From Octopus sinensis (Eukaryota), in the NCBI RefSeq assembly GCF_006345805.1, contig NC_043000.1, forward strand, positions 87,420,001-87,484,000: DNA of 64,000 nucleotides, written 5' to 3'. Below are positions 13,197 through 27,419 of this stretch, piece by piece. How positions within the stretch are numbered: position 1 is the first letter of the stretch; every line of letters starts with the position of its first letter. The notes beneath the pieces are model-generated. The model did no database searches. It worked only from the letters and a program-made list of their open reading frames with translations, and was not told the DNA's origin. The position numbers and the translations under genes were made by a program.

Positions 13197-14290
13197 CCCT
13201 GATGCAGTACAGTGGCTCTCATGGCTTCTGATCTTAACTGATTGGAAGTGTTATCATATATATTGTTTTGTCTTGGTATAAAAGATGGGCTACAGCAAAT
13301 ATTCTGCTTAATATACAGATTTGTTTGTCAGTTGTTTGAACCTAACCAGTTGAGCACGTATCTTAGTGGTATAGGATATGCGCATCTCTGATCACCAGCA
13401 GAAGTAGTGGGGGAACATCATAGCCATGTGTTCAGAGGAATTCATTGAGGTTTGAACAATTAACCTTTGGAAACGTGTGTTTCATTCAAGATCCTTAAAC
13501 AACCCTTATTCAGATACCTTTTGAGCGGGATGGGCTACACGACCTGAAGAAAATTCTAACTCGGCCCCACCTGCAAGGTCATGTGTTGCTTATCTTGATA
13601 TGAGATCACCATGTCACGTACCTATGGTTGTGATGCATGTGCCAAGTGTACCCTTATCAGACGGGTAGTCATGATGTGTGTACTGGGTTTGTATATTTTA
13701 CCTTAGTGTCACTTTGAAGGCATGCACTATTCTCCCTTGTGAAAAAATAGCTGCCCTTGTGGCAAAATTTAGAACAATTATTATTATTATTATTATTATT
13801 ATTGAGTGAGAGAGCAGTGCATGCCATCGAAGTGACACTGGGGTAAAATATACGAAGCCCAATATACCCATCATGACTACCCGTCTGATAAAGGTACACC
13901 AGACACATGCATCACAACTATATGTGCACGACATGGTGATCTCATATCAAGATAAACAGCACATGACCTTGCAGGTGGGGCCCAGTTAGAATTTTCTTCA
14001 GGTTGAGTAGCCCATCCCGCTCAAAAGGTCCCTGAATAAGGGTTGTTTAAGGATGTTGGAAGAACCACCCATGTTTCCAGAGGTGAATTATTCAAACCCC
14101 AAAGAATCCCTCTCAACACATGGCTATGATGCTCCCCCACTACTTCTGCTCGTGATCAGAGATACACATATCGTCAGCCACTAAGGGACATGCTCAACTG
14201 GTTAAGGTCAAACAACTAACAAACAAATCTGTGGTATTGAGCAGAATATTTGCTGTAGCCCATCTTTTATACCAAGACAAAAACAATGAA
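13197..14290. mobile_element. Two family D copies in inverted (tail-to-tail) orientation
   Basis: 13197-13732 (+) and 13803-14290 (-) are reverse-complement homologues separated by ~70 bp. Confidence 0.85.
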
Positions 14291-14294
14291 TATG

Positions 14295-14345
<51 letters not shown>

Positions 14346-14346
14346 G

Positions 14347-14413
<67 letters not shown>

Positions 14414-14573
14414 GTAGTCCAACTGTTGCTATTATATAGTAGTTCTATTTGTCTCAGGCCGCGGGCTTCTTCTGAGCGGTGTAGATATATTCTGTCCGTC
14501 TGTTTTGGGGTGGTGACTTGTTCTGCAAGGCTTGACAGAAAAGTATGGAGACGACGAGTCTCCTTAGTATACC

Positions 14574-14790
14574 AAATAAATAAATACATTGCTTTATATA
14601 TATATGATTCACTTCTTTAAAAATGTTTCTCAGTGTCAGCTTCCGGTATTGACGTAGCAACTGCAGCTACCTAAATACACACGTGTAAGTCTGACGTAGT
14701 AACTGTGACTAGCTACTCACACATGTATGTATAACAACGTTGATGAATATTTACATTTTAACCGCTTCTATTTAATTTCAGTCGCATTGT
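14574..14790 (+). mobile_element. Copy of the subterminal region of the 16.7-18.3 kb Helitron
   Basis: Close reverse-complement match to ~17915-18120 (TTCCGGTATTGACGTAGCAACTGCAGCTAC...TTTACATTTTAACCGCTTCTATTT). Confidence 0.65.
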
Positions 14791-15179
14791 TTTTTCTTTT
14801 TCATTTTTTTTTGTTTCTGGAGAAAATATATGAACTATATATTTTTACTCTTCACGTTCCTCATAGAAACATTCTTCTATTTTAACGAATTGTTTCTCAT
14901 TTTTCAGTATCATGCTAGTTTTCGAGGTTCTTCTTCTTCTTTCTTCTTCTTCTTCTTCTTCTTCTTCTTCTTCTCTTCTTCTTCTTCTTCTTCTTCCACA
15001 CACACACACACACACTCACACACACATACAGATATATGTATATACATATGGATTTATATATATTGTATATCTATATATGCATGCATATATGAATGTGGGT
15101 TTTATATATCCTATCTATCTATCCATCTATCTATCTACCTATCTACCTACCAACGTGTATGTCTGTCTGTCTATCTGTC

Positions 15180-15237
<58 letters not shown>

Positions 15238-15742
15238 CTATGCGTGTACATATATAGAGAGACGAAAACAAACTTACACATGTGCATATGAATGTACGAT
15301 AATTGAAGATGTGGCTGCAATCCATTTCAGTGAAATGCAATGGTACATACACTTGCATTACTGAAATACAGGCACATACACATGCATACATATACACACA
15401 AATACCATATCGTACATAAACACACACTTGCACATATTCACACTCATACATAAATACACACCCTCACATACTCATACACATACATATATACCGACTTTCC
15501 TTTACCACTTTGCAACATCTGTCTTTTCTGTCAAGTGAAACAAAATGGTAAATAGCATAAAACCAGAACAGCGCAATAACTAAATCGAATATCTGACAGG
15601 AAGCTCACATTAACATGCTGCTGAATATGCAACTATACAAACACATACAGAAACGCACAAACACATCTACACCCGCACTTATGCGTAATATGTATGTGTA
15701 TGTGTGTGTATATATATATATATAATATATATATATATATAT

Positions 15743-15780
<38 letters not shown>

Positions 15781-16094
15781 TCACATACACACACACATAT
15801 ATATACATACACACACATTCACACACACTCATGTAACGTGTGTGCAAATACACACGCAGACGCACATAAATGAAGCATAATGATATATATATATAAACAC
15901 TCGCACAAATATATATACACATACACACATTCATAGTGACATGCATATAATACACAAGCAGAAGGACTCGGTTTCACTCGGGTTATAATAAACTCATAAC
16001 CTTAACACAGTACTCTTTGCTTGTGTAAGATTAGTGTATTTCTCAGAAAGTAATAGTTACTTTCAACACTCAATCGTTTTACACTTCTGTACAT

Positions 16095-16625
16095 TACGAG
16101 GTTGGATCAATAAGTATTCGGATTGTTGCCATAGTAACGACGCTAAAGCACACAGAGTGGAGCCGCTAGGCAAAAATTGACTTTGAACTCTGCTTGCATG
16201 CACACTAAGTTTTAACGTTCAAGCTCACTCCCGCTGTTTACAGCGGTGCTTCAAAGTAACGTGTGTAGCGTGTGATCGTCGCATTGACCATGACATAGAA
16301 AGTTTTCATGGTGATGCCTGTTCAGAGGCCAACGCAAAGTTGCAGAAAGTGTATGGAGAGGAGTGTATGAGTCATGCACAAGTGTACGAGTGGTTCAGAA
16401 GTTTCCAAGACGGCCGAAAAAATGTCGATATTGGCGAACGTTCTGGGAGACCTGCAACTAGCAGAACTGAGAAAAACATTGCAGATGTTTGTGCAGCTGT
16501 GAAGGGAAATCGTCGAATCACCATCCATGAGTTATCAGAGGATTTGCAGATTAGTTACGGTTCGGTTCAGTCCATTATCACTGAAGATTTGTGTGTGTGT
16601 CAAGTTTGTGCCAAAACTGCTTTCA
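16095..16625 (+). mobile_element. Mariner 5' fragment (TIR + HTH DNA-binding domain)
   Basis: TA-CGAGGTTGGATCAATAAGT terminus; QKVYGEECMSHAQVYEWFRSFQDGR...RSGRP...NRRITIHELSEDLQISYGSVQSIITEDL. Confidence 0.8.
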
Positions 16626-16734
16626 GCTGACCAAGGTAATTATTGTTTCGGAAGTCTTGTAGTGATCTATCAAGAGCTTCGAAGGCTTCCTTATGAGACA
16701 TCGTTGCCTCATCCCAGACAATGAGTTTGGCACC

Positions 16735-17451
16735 TGTAAGGAGCTTCTCTAACTCTGTATTCTTTGATATGTTGCATAATGGCGATTAATTTTGGATCAG
16801 GTTCAGAAGCAGCTTGAATGTTGAATGGCTGTTCTTCGACCTGTTAGGAATGTGGCCGCCTTTCCAGAGGTTGCATCAACCAGAGCAATCTTCTTCTGTC
16901 TCACCTTGACAAGGAGCCGGTTGATATATACTGTCTTTCCTGTGCCTCCAGGAGCATCTAAGAAGAAGACCCCACCAGTGCCATTGCAGTGGAGATCCTA
17001 TTCTTTGTCAGGCGTGCATAACTCTGTTCAGCACTTTGAAATGCTCGGGCAGCACCAGTGGACAACTGGTTTTGATTTTATGCACAACTCTTGTCTCATC
17101 ATTTTCAGATGGTATGGCTGATGTAGTGCACAGTCTGTTCCTTTCTTGGCGTGCTTCTGTTTTTTCAGCCTTCTCTCTTTCCTTCGACAGAGACATTCTT
17201 TTGGCTGACCTTGACACTGGAGACAAATTTGACACCTTCATTCTAGGCATGGTCATTTACAGATACAGCAATACACTGGCACAGAATATTGTAAACAATG
17301 AAAGCAGCTGTCATAAATTTTTTGGCACCAGAAATCGTTACGTTTCTATAAAAAACAATGCAACTGAAGTGATAAAGAAGTGGTTAAATGTAAATGTTCA
17401 CCAACGGCGTATTGTACACATTACAGCAGAGATAGGCAAATAGACAGATAG

Positions 17452-17516
<65 letters not shown>

Positions 17517-17535
17517 ATATTATATATATATATAT

Positions 17536-17623
<88 letters not shown>

Positions 17624-18255
17624 TAACAGAAATCCTTAGAAGAATGTTTCGATGAGGAACGGGAAGAGTGAAAGCAATATTATCTGTTTTTCAAAAAAGG
17701 GATAAATGAAGACCAAATTATCGTATCTCAGATGAAATTATTGATGTAACCGATAGATATAGATAAAGAGATAAATAGATATAGATTTAGATAGAGAGAT
17801 AGATAGTAACAGAAATCCTTAGAAGAAAGTTTCTATGAGGAACGTGAAGAGTAAAAATATATAGTTCACGTATTTTCCCCAGGACTCCCCCACCAAAAAA
17901 AAAAAAATAATAAAAAGCGACTGAAATAGAAGCGGTTAAAATGTAAATATTCACAAACAGCGCTATACATACATGTGTGTGTAGCTAGTCACAGTTACTA
18001 CGTCAGACATACACGTGTGTATTTAAGTAGCTGCAGTTGCTACGTCAATACCGGAAGTTGACACTGAAAAGCCTTTTTAAAGAAGTGAATCATATATATA
18101 TATAAAGCAATGTTATTTATTTGTAATAAAAAATTAAATGAAGATCCTATTATGTATCCGAGGTTAAATTATTCATGAATCCCAACTACGAAACCAAATC
18201 GCGCAACCGTTTCCGCGTGAAAAGCGAATACACACACAGGTCTATTTTATATATT
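16735..18255 (-). mobile_element. Internally deleted Helitron, interrupted by microsatellites
   Basis: PIF1 helicase motif I GGVFFLDAPGGTGKTVYINRLL (~16900-16985, minus) lies directly after an N-terminus MPRMKVSNLS..RSAKRM homologous to the Helitron at 26160. The 5' subterminal region ATATAAAATAGACCTGTGTGTG..AAACGGTTGCGCGATT is near 18250. Confidence 0.7.
17620..17856 (+). repeat. Direct repeat ~55 bp
   Basis: TAACAGAAATCCTTAGAAGAA.GTTTC.ATGAGGAACG.GAAGAGT at ~17624 and ~17806. Confidence 0.75.
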
Positions 18256-18537
18256 GTTTGTTCCTTCTCGAGCCACGCCTGGCTCTTAAGGACCGGTTTC
18301 CCGGGCGTATAGGTTCACCACCTGGACGGGACGCCATTCCGTCGCAGGTGAGCTGCTAGATGCAGGAGGAAAGAATAAGGGAAAGTTGTAGCGAAAGAGT
18401 CAGCAGAAGTTGGTCTGCCGGAATACGTGAAGCTTAGGTATTTCGCTCATAAACACACACACCGCCCGGTCTGAGATTCGAACCCGCGACCCCTCGACCG
18501 TGAGTCCTTTGCTCTAACCACTAGGCCATGCGCCTCC
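18256..18537 (-). mobile_element. tRNA-derived SINE family C with 12-bp TSD
   Basis: A box TGGCCTAGTGG, B box GGTTCGAATC, CTGCGACGGAATGGCGTCCCGTCCAGG body; TSD ATTTTATATATT at 18244-18255 and 18538-18549. Confidence 0.85.
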
Positions 18538-20080
18538 ATTTTATATATTAAATACACATAAATGCTTATATACGTATACACATATATGAACGGGCAATAT
18601 TTAATTATCAAAATTATTCATGCCTCAATTTTTCGTTAGTGTTTGCTTGTAAATATCACTGCCCACTAACAAAACGTGACTGGAGGAAACCAGGCTTCGC
18701 TGAAGAGATCTAAAAAAATTTGATTTTTCTTCTAAGCATGAATATTTAATTTTCTCTAAAATTAATGTTTCAATTCCTTTCCCTTATTTCTGACAGTCGG
18801 AAAAAATTACCTTTAGGATTTCGTTTCCTGCCTTCAACTGAGAGGAAAATTTCAATACATTAAAAACATTTTGTGCACATTATTCAGGGTGTACTGGGTT
18901 AAATCTAGATAATTCTCCTGTTATTGAATACAAATATAAATACCAAAACAAGGAATATTGTAGAACACCCCCAACAAATCTTCTGCCTAATGTAAACATA
19001 ACAGACTGGATATTATTATTTCAGATAGATGCCATAGAAGTCAGTTGTGCGACTGATGTAAATGACACCTAGTAAACCATTGAGAGAAAGAGAGAACTAG
19101 AGAAAGACTGTGTTTTGAAATCTTCAGCTTCTGTGCCCAAATTATAAATTTCACATTCATACTAACAATAATGGTGTTCTTAGTTATGTTGATAAATACG
19201 TAAGTTACAATCTGAAAAAAGCTATGATTTTCAGGTAAAGAAAATAGATTCAATAAATAGATTCAATAAATTGAAGAGTAAAGATATGCAAAACTTTTCT
19301 CAAGTTGAAAATAGGACGATGATTTTATTATCTACATTCCAACGAATGTATTAAAAGCCAGTCCCTTCTTTACAGGAAGAATTAAAATTATCAAAAATAT
19401 AGATCATACATATGTATAATTAAATATATATAGTTAGTGTTTAGAATTATAAAATACATGCACTGTATTCAAGAGATCAGTTACCATATCTTTAAACTCT
19501 AATATTCTGTTTAAATATTGGAGTTTAAAGATATGTTATTCGCCCCTGTCGCTTGTTCGTTTTTATCAAGCTGGCCAAAACTAAATTTTACTGCATTTAG
19601 TCTCCTTTCTTTGTCGATAATAACAGTGGGAATAGTTAAATGGAACAACTAAATAACATGTGTTCTTCCCCCCATTATTATTTTTATTATGCTATGAATC
19701 AAATATTGGGCTATGAATCAAATATTATGCTATAAACCAAATATAGGTAATAAAAAGAAGTGAACATAAAGCAAAAACCTGGACAAGGATAATGAAATGT
19801 CCAGTCATCATGCTGAGTATCACAATAGTAAGTGTCACATAATGTACACGATATAATTTCAAGTAAACCCCATAATAAACTCAGAAATAGATTTAAAAAT
19901 AAAATATGCAATAGACATAAAAATGAGGCTATTAACAAAAATAGTGACCATCCCCTGAAAGAAAAGTTACATCTATACATATATTACGGTATAATGCAGT
20001 CTTCGGAATACAGATAGCTAGAAACAACTCGGCAGAATTTTTCTCTGCATTAGGTAGGGACTTTCTACCACCTAGCAATA

Positions 20081-20966
20081 TATCAGGCTGAGTAAAAAGT
20101 AAGCAACGTTTTGAAACATGAAATTCATCACAATATATATATTTCAACAATGCAGAAATTTTATTCATCAAAGTAAGTACCATTACAATCAACACATTTT
20201 TACCAACGAGTTACAAGCTTGTTTATTCTGGTAACATAAAAATCTGGATGAACTCTTTGAACACACTTTCAGCTTTTGTTTGAATTTTAAACTCCTTCTC
20301 TCGCAGGAAACCATCAAGGTGCTTGAAAAAGTGGTAGTCGGTAGAAGAAAGGTCTGAGGAATATAGCTGGATGGGAAGAACTTCGTAGCCAAGTTCCCTC
20401 GACTTTTGGAGCGTCATTAGTGAAACATGTGGTCGAGCATTGTCATGAAGAATGATTCGTCCCATTCTGTTGACTAGTCTGGGTCGGAGGAGTAGCAGTT
20501 TTTCGTTCATTTTGGCAATTTCATGGCAATATATTTCTGCAGTAATGGTTTTTTCGGGTTTTGAGAAGTTATAGTGAATAAGCCCAGCAGTACACCACCA
20601 AACAGCCACCATAACCTTCTTTTTGAAGAGGTCGGGTTTAGGGAAGGTTTTCGGTGCTTCATTTTGGTCCAACCACTGCGAAGGACGTTTTTATTATTGT
20701 ACAGAGTCCACATTTCATCGCAAGTTACAATACGGTCGAGAAATGGATCGGTCTGGTTACGGAGAAGAGCAAATTTCATATTTGTACATTTTCTGATTTT
20801 CATTCAAATCGTATGGTACCCATTTGTCTAGCGTTTTTGATTTTCCGATCACATGCAAATGGTTGCAGGTAGTTTCCTGACTAACTTGAAGTTCTTTTGC
20901 CACTCCTCGATTGGTTTTACGTGGATTCTTCTCAATGACGGTCTTTAATAGACCGTCATCGATGGC
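20081..20966 (-). mobile_element. Mariner (DD34D, Hsmar1/Mos1-like) transposase remnant with 3' TIR; 5' end replaced by (TA)n
   Basis: IVTCDEMW, KKVMVAVWW, ILHDNARPH and YSSDLSSTDYHFF motifs; terminus TA-TCAGGCTGAGTAAAAAGTAAG at 20081. Confidence 0.88.
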
Positions 20967-20968
20967 AG

Positions 20969-21001
<33 letters not shown>

Positions 21002-21254
21002 ATATTATATATATATATTATATATATATATATATATAATATATATATATATATTATATATATATATGTATATATATATATACATATATATATATATAGA
21101 CACGTATATTAAGGCTACCATTGGTTTCATGTTAAGAAAATATTTTAATACCTTAACAATTTTGAAGCCAGTCACATGGTGGAATAGTGTTTGTCTCCTT
21201 TTGGATATATATGTGTGTGTGCGTATACAAATGCATATATATATATATATATAC

Positions 21255-21335
<81 letters not shown>

Positions 21336-21337
<2 letters not shown>

Positions 21338-21478
21338 ACCAGCTTTCAGTTTCCGTCAATCAAATCCACTTTGACAGGCCCAGATATATAATGGAAGACA
21401 CTTGGCCAAGGTGCCAAGCAGTGGGATTGAAACCAGAACCATGTGTTTGAGAAGCAAGCTTCTTACCACATAGTCACG
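21336..21478 (-). mobile_element. SINE family A 5' half
   Basis: TTTCAGTTTCCGTC..AAATCCAC..CCAAGGTGCC..GGGATTGAAACC. Confidence 0.7.
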
Positions 21479-21689
21479 GCTGATGTATATATCACATATG
21501 CTAGTTAGTTCATAGTTGGGACCCTGACAGGTGCTACTACTCCGGCTCAGAGAAGAGCTGAGAATAATAGTGGCTAAGAAGTTGTTCCGCATTCCTCAAA
21601 AGTCTGGAACTCCGGAAGCAGAGCCTCACTTCCAGTTGTAGCTTAAAGTCATATTTAGCTTATACTCTTGGTTAGTGTCAGGGCATATT

Positions 21690-22110
21690 GTAAAATCATA
21701 CGTAATGAAGGACCCTAAGCTGCTGTCACAACATCCTTGTAGGAGAGGGACATTCGGATGTAAAATCTAGGGTTTCATGTGATTACTGGTTATCTTGCAT
21801 CTGCCTGAGACTAAGTACTAATTTCGGCGACCCAGAGAGCAATACACTTGTTATACAAGCATTTACCACTATAATCCAACGACACCAAGATGTCCCTTTA
21901 CGGTGACCTCATTTGTAATCGCAAAGTCCGATGGCGACAGAAGAGCGTCCACGTGTGCAGATCTAACCAGTTAGAAGTGCAATTCACAATAAGTTACAAC
22001 TTCTGTCTGTCACCTATGGTTCAACCAATGCAGACTGAATAGTCATCGGAGAGTTCATAGATGAAAAGTCAGAAATGTCATGGACAACGAAGATGCAGAA
22101 GGAGACGGCA
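21690..22110 (+). mobile_element. Decayed RTE-type LINE 3' end
   Basis: Remnant PKMSLYGDL... and C..RLNSHRRVHR motif followed by a short 3' UTR; heavily degraded. Confidence 0.4.
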
Positions 22111-22456
22111 ATCATATGTGAAGATGGAGCAATTATCATTATACATATATACATACGTATTTGCATACAAACATAAACTGGTACTCCTGTGGTTACGATG
22201 ACGAGTGTTCCAGTTCATGCAATTAATGGAACAGCCTGCTCCTGGAATTAACGTGCAAATTCTCAGAAAGATCCAGCGCGACACAGATTGTGACAAGGCC
22301 GGCCCTTTGAATTACAGACACCAGTCATTTTTGTCAGCTTAGTCGACTGGAGCTACGTGAAATAAAGTGTTCATGGACACAACGCGACGCCGGATATCGA
22401 ACTCACGACCTTGTGATCGTGAGCCGAATATCCTACCCATTAGACCACGCACCTTC

Positions 22457-22498
<42 letters not shown>

Positions 22499-24202
22499 TA
22501 TATGTGTATATATATATTCAGATGATTAATAAGAATAGAGGTTCTTAATAAATCGAATGAACTTAGGGTTAAATACTCACATTATGTTAGAAACTCTTTT
22601 ATACTTAAAACGGTTAAGTTAATTTTTTTCTGAGTGTTTTGGTATCCTGTATACCCTAGCCATTAAATATTTCCCTCTACTTAATTGATTAAGCATATTC
22701 CCTTTGTTATAGCGCACATGTTGTCTAAATGTTTAATCTTTCATGTTGCTCTAATAGGTTTATACCTAACTCACTTTTAACTTTGAAACCTCATGATAGT
22801 TTGTGTCATTCACATCTATTGCCGATTCTCATAGTTTAATTTCTAAATATCGCTATTTGTGATGTTAGCTTTTGGTTTGTGGTGTGTATTAACACTCACT
22901 ATAATTTTCTGATTTTGGCTATATGTTTAACATCATTAAACCAATGCGTGACCTCTTCGTTCGTCTTTAAAAATTCCTTTGTTTTTAAAAGTTCCACTAT
23001 AGACACTGATGTGTGTGCGTATGTATGTGTGTGTAAAAGTGTGTATGCCTATATTTTATACATACATGTGTGCGTATATTTATGTGTACATGTGTATATG
23101 TATGCATATATTTGGATGAGGACAAATATCCATCGAATGTTAATAATGTAAATAATGTATATAATTCCTCATCCCTTAAATATAGAACTGTAAGAGCAAT
23201 AATGTTCTTAAGATTATAATCATGGAAAATTTCAGTTATTACACTTGGAAAAGTTCAAGACAACAATTTATCACGTCTGGTAAAGTACAGAATTAGAAAA
23301 TGTTTGCTTAAAACATTGAAGAATAAAATTTCAAATGAAATATTTAAATTTAGAAAATATTAGCTTTTATTAAAACTAAAAATTTTATTACAAGTTATTA
23401 CTTCTATTTGTTATTACTTGTTACTTCTATTAAAAATAACTCAATTAAAATATTTTTTGCAGTTTAAATAACTTCATTTTTTAATTATTAATTAATAATT
23501 AGAAATTTGAAAATAGGTTATAAAAAATAATAATAGTACATAATTAGTACAATAAAAAATTAGTTATATATTACAATAAAATCTGCCTATGGTAACAAAC
23601 TCACAATAAAATTTGCTTGAATTATTGCCTAAGTTATTGGCAAGTCTTCACATTTGTAATCGAGACCCAATGCCTACTTTCTACATAATGAATTTGTCTG
23701 CCATATGTACTATTCTATCTTGCGTAAAACTTTAGCTATATTGGTACTTCTGGCTCTCATTTTTTAAGTATTCTAGTGTGTCGATATTTTAACAAAATGT
23801 TTGTACCTCTTTAAATCATAATGTTACTTCGTAAATTAAAATCAAATAATTTTTAATATTAAAGCAGCAATATTTTAAATAAAAATTTTCTTGTTCTGTA
23901 CTTTACCAGATGTACTAAGTGGTCGTAAACATTTCCAAGTGTAATAACTTGTCCTGTAATTTTCCAGGTTTAAGAATATTATTTCTCTTGCTCGCATTTT
24001 CCCATGTAAACCATTTTTTCCAGGCTATGCTATTATACTAATAGAATAATGTGTCCAATGGGCCAATTGACGGTGTTGTTGATAATTTTTTCCTTACCTC
24101 AATAACGCCGGTGACATATATTAAAAGTTCCTTTATAGAACTATATTCATTGAAAAAGTATAGAACTGTATTATTGCCCTCAAATTTCAGAAACAAATAC
24201 TT

Positions 24203-24404
24203 TTTTTCTTTTACTTGTTTCAGTCATTTGACTGTGGACATGCTGGAGCACCACCTTTAGTCGAGCACATCGACCCCAGGTCTTATTCTTTGTAAGCCTA
24301 GTAATCATTCTATCGGGTTCTTTTGCCGAACCGCTAAGTTACGGGGACGTAAATCCACCAGCATCGGTTGTCAAGTGATGTTGGGGGAACAAACACAGAC
24401 ACAG

Positions 24405-24457
<53 letters not shown>

Positions 24458-24465
24458 CACATACC

Positions 24466-24499
<34 letters not shown>

Positions 24500-24660
24500 T
24501 ACGACGGGCTGCTATCAGTTTCCATCTACCAAATCCACTCACAAGGCTTTGGTAGGCCCGAGGCTATAGCAGAAGACACTTGCCCAAGGTATCACGCAGT
24601 GGGACTGAACCTGAAACCATATAGTTCGTAAGCAAGCTACTTACCACACAGCGACTCCTT
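24203..24660 (-). mobile_element. SINE family A full-length copy
   Basis: End-to-end homology with 55540-55959. Confidence 0.85.
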
Positions 24661-25420
24661 CATTGCAAGAGTTTGATACCATGAATTTCCTCGAATTGAG
24701 CTCTATAATTCCAGCTTAATTAAAATATAGTTTGTTTTTAAAACAGAAAAGATAATTATACTTAAATCCAATTTTTTTTTTACCTTACTTATAGTTTTTT
24801 TTCATGATGTTTTTCCTCACAAGTTTTTTGATAAAAATCTTTGTTGCATGGGAACAAAACTATAAAATTTTTCATGCTTTCTTCTATCATTGAAGCTAAG
24901 ATACATATATTCTGCTTTTAAAATAAAATAAGTTATTTAGATCTAAACTTGATTAGAGGTGTTACTTACTCTCCTATAACGTTGCTACAATTTTGATGTA
25001 AACTTTTTTCTACTCGATCTAATCTCAATTTTGCATGCTAAAATGTAGCTAGGGACCAGTTCTCTTCGAAAATGTTAACAGTTTTCAATTTGGTTTAGAA
25101 CTGAATTAGCATGAAGCTCTGAAAGATGCTGTGTATGAATAGATTGCGGTCATAAAGAATATTATTCAACTACTACTGTAGTTGAATGCTATATATTCGA
25201 AAGTCTATGAGGATTACTTAATACAGTTTCTGAAGTGTACAGGTGATTTTTTAAAAACATTATTTGTTTTTAAAAATGTCATGAATTTTTTTATGAGGAT
25301 GTTGCTAAGCTTTTTTGGAAAAGGTTTTTCTAGTGTGTGACCGCTTTCGTTAAACCTTTTCAAACACACATGTTCTATTAAGAATCACCTGAATCTTAAT
25401 ATCATACATATTAACACTTA

Positions 25421-25518
25421 TGGTAGAAGACACTTGGGCAAGTGTCTTCTACTATAGTCTCGAGCAGACCAAAGCCTTGTGAGTGGATTTGGTAGACGGA
25501 AACTGAAAGAGGCTCATC

Positions 25519-25578
<60 letters not shown>

Positions 25579-25787
25579 TTATGTGTTTGTGTCTGTGTTT
25601 GTCTCCCACACTATCGCTTGGCAACCGATGTTGGTGTGTTTACGTCCCTGTAACGTAGCGGTTTGGCAAAAGCGACCGATATAATAAATACCAGGGTTAC
25701 AGAGAATAAGACCAGAAGTCGATTTCTTTGAATAAAAGGCGGTGCTCCAGCATGCCCAGTCAAAATTACTGAAACAAGTAAAAGAAT
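25421..25787 (+). mobile_element. SINE family A copy lacking its head
   Basis: AAAGCCTTGTGAGTGGATTTGGTAGACGGAAACTGAAAG...GGCGGTGCTCCAGCATG. Confidence 0.8.
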
Positions 25788-25789
25788 AT

Positions 25790-27035
25790 ATATATAATAT
25801 AAATATATAAACTTAAACTTAAATGTTGAAGTGAATCGAACGGCTTTTGTGTGTTTCTTAAATGGCTTACAAACACCTTCCACGCTGCAATTGTTTTCGT
25901 TTCAGCACACGATCTCATTTACTTTTGCAACGGTTTCGTGTTCTTCAGTGGTTAAGAGCTTTTTTCTGGTACCTTCGATACTGGCTCTTTGGTTCACTAA
26001 GTGACAAATTTCGCTTCAACCCGTACAATTCTTTATTTTCCCTAAAAATTTCTTATTTACTTTCTGCCCGTCGTATTAAGAATTATAATTTCCGTTACCC
26101 TGTTATTTTCATTCTTTACTATCTTCTGCACCCGTGTACTTCTGTAAACGTATATAACCATGTCCAGAAGGAAAGTGTCTAATTTGTCTACACTGTTAAG
26201 GTCAGCCAAAAGAATGTTTCTGTTCAGGGAAAAAGAGATAGCTGCAGGAAGGGAAGCATATCAAGAAACGAACAGACTGTGCGCTATAAAAGCCAGAGCA
26301 TCTCAAAGTGATGAACAGAAATATGCACGGCTGACAAGGAATAGAATATCCACTGCAGAACGAAGAACAGTTACAACGGCTCAGAGAAACACCTTCTATG
26401 AAGCAGCTTTCAATTATGATCCAGCAGTTTATTATGCAGATGACACTAAAGTTTCCATTGGTGCAATGACAACTGAGTGCATACATTGTAAAGCAAGGAA
26501 GTGGCCTGAAGAGACATCTGCACTGTGCTGCAGTGGGGGAAAGGTTAAACTCTCTGCAATCCTCTAGCCTCCAGAACCATTGAAGAAACTGATGTCATCA
26601 ACTGACCAAGATTCCAAGCACTTCCAAAACAAAATTAGACAATAAAACACTGCACTGCAGATGACATCATTTGGAGTCACAAGAGATTTAACTGAGCCAG
26701 GATTCAAGCAAACTTTCAAGAACCAAGGTCAAATTTATCATCGGATTGACAATCTACTACCTCTATCAAATGAATCACCACCATAAGCCTTTCATTGTTT
26801 ATAATCTGTACTTTTGGTTACGAAATAAGCTACACAAAACGTGGTTTTGAATTACGTTTATTTACTTTATATATATATATGAGTTGAAAACTTTCTTTTA
26901 ACATTTCACTTAATGTCTATGTTTCATTCTGGCATGGGTTGGAGATCTATTAATGTAGAAAGCTGGTAAACCTAGACGGCGTTTTTAAATTTCATTATTC
27001 TCTTTAACCCGGGCAACGCCGGGTATATCTACTAG
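25790..27035 (+). mobile_element. Internally deleted Helitron (Rep N-terminus + 3' terminus)
   Basis: CIHCKARKWPEETSALCCSGGKVKL..PPEPL..SKHF..QMTSFG..GQIYHRI motifs (26160-26780); 3' hairpin CCCGGGCAACGCCGGG (27008-27023) and CTAG|T at 27032-27036. Confidence 0.88.
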
Positions 27036-27098
27036 TATCATTATAAAAACCTGTTTTCATCAGATGAATACATGAGCCACATTATTAGGAACATTTAA

Positions 27099-27169
<71 letters not shown>

Positions 27170-27170
27170 A

Positions 27171-27204
<34 letters not shown>

Positions 27205-27419
27205 AAATCTGAATGTATATATATATGTAGGATTGTCAGTAGATATATATGTTGACTTACATGTATATCTGTATCGGTGTGTCAGTGTGTGCATGAAAAC
27301 ATACGTAGATATGTGGATCTGTTACATTTATGCGTTTATATGTGTATGTGTTTGTGGGTGTGAATGTGTGCGAATCTAATGAGTAAAAGTGATAAGGAGC
27401 AGAGTGTCATTGCGGAACT

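Noticed and set aside
17036-17443. 135-aa plus-strand ORF
   Set aside because: Antisense shadow of the minus-strand Helitron fragment.
18460-18537. tRNA-like sequence (also at 41521 and 55900-55959)
   Set aside because: These are A/B boxes of SINE heads that continue into SINE bodies; there is no complete cloverleaf, so they are not tRNA genes.
20189-20966. SETMAR-like host gene
   Set aside because: Only a frameshifted mariner domain with a TIR; no SET domain or exon structure.
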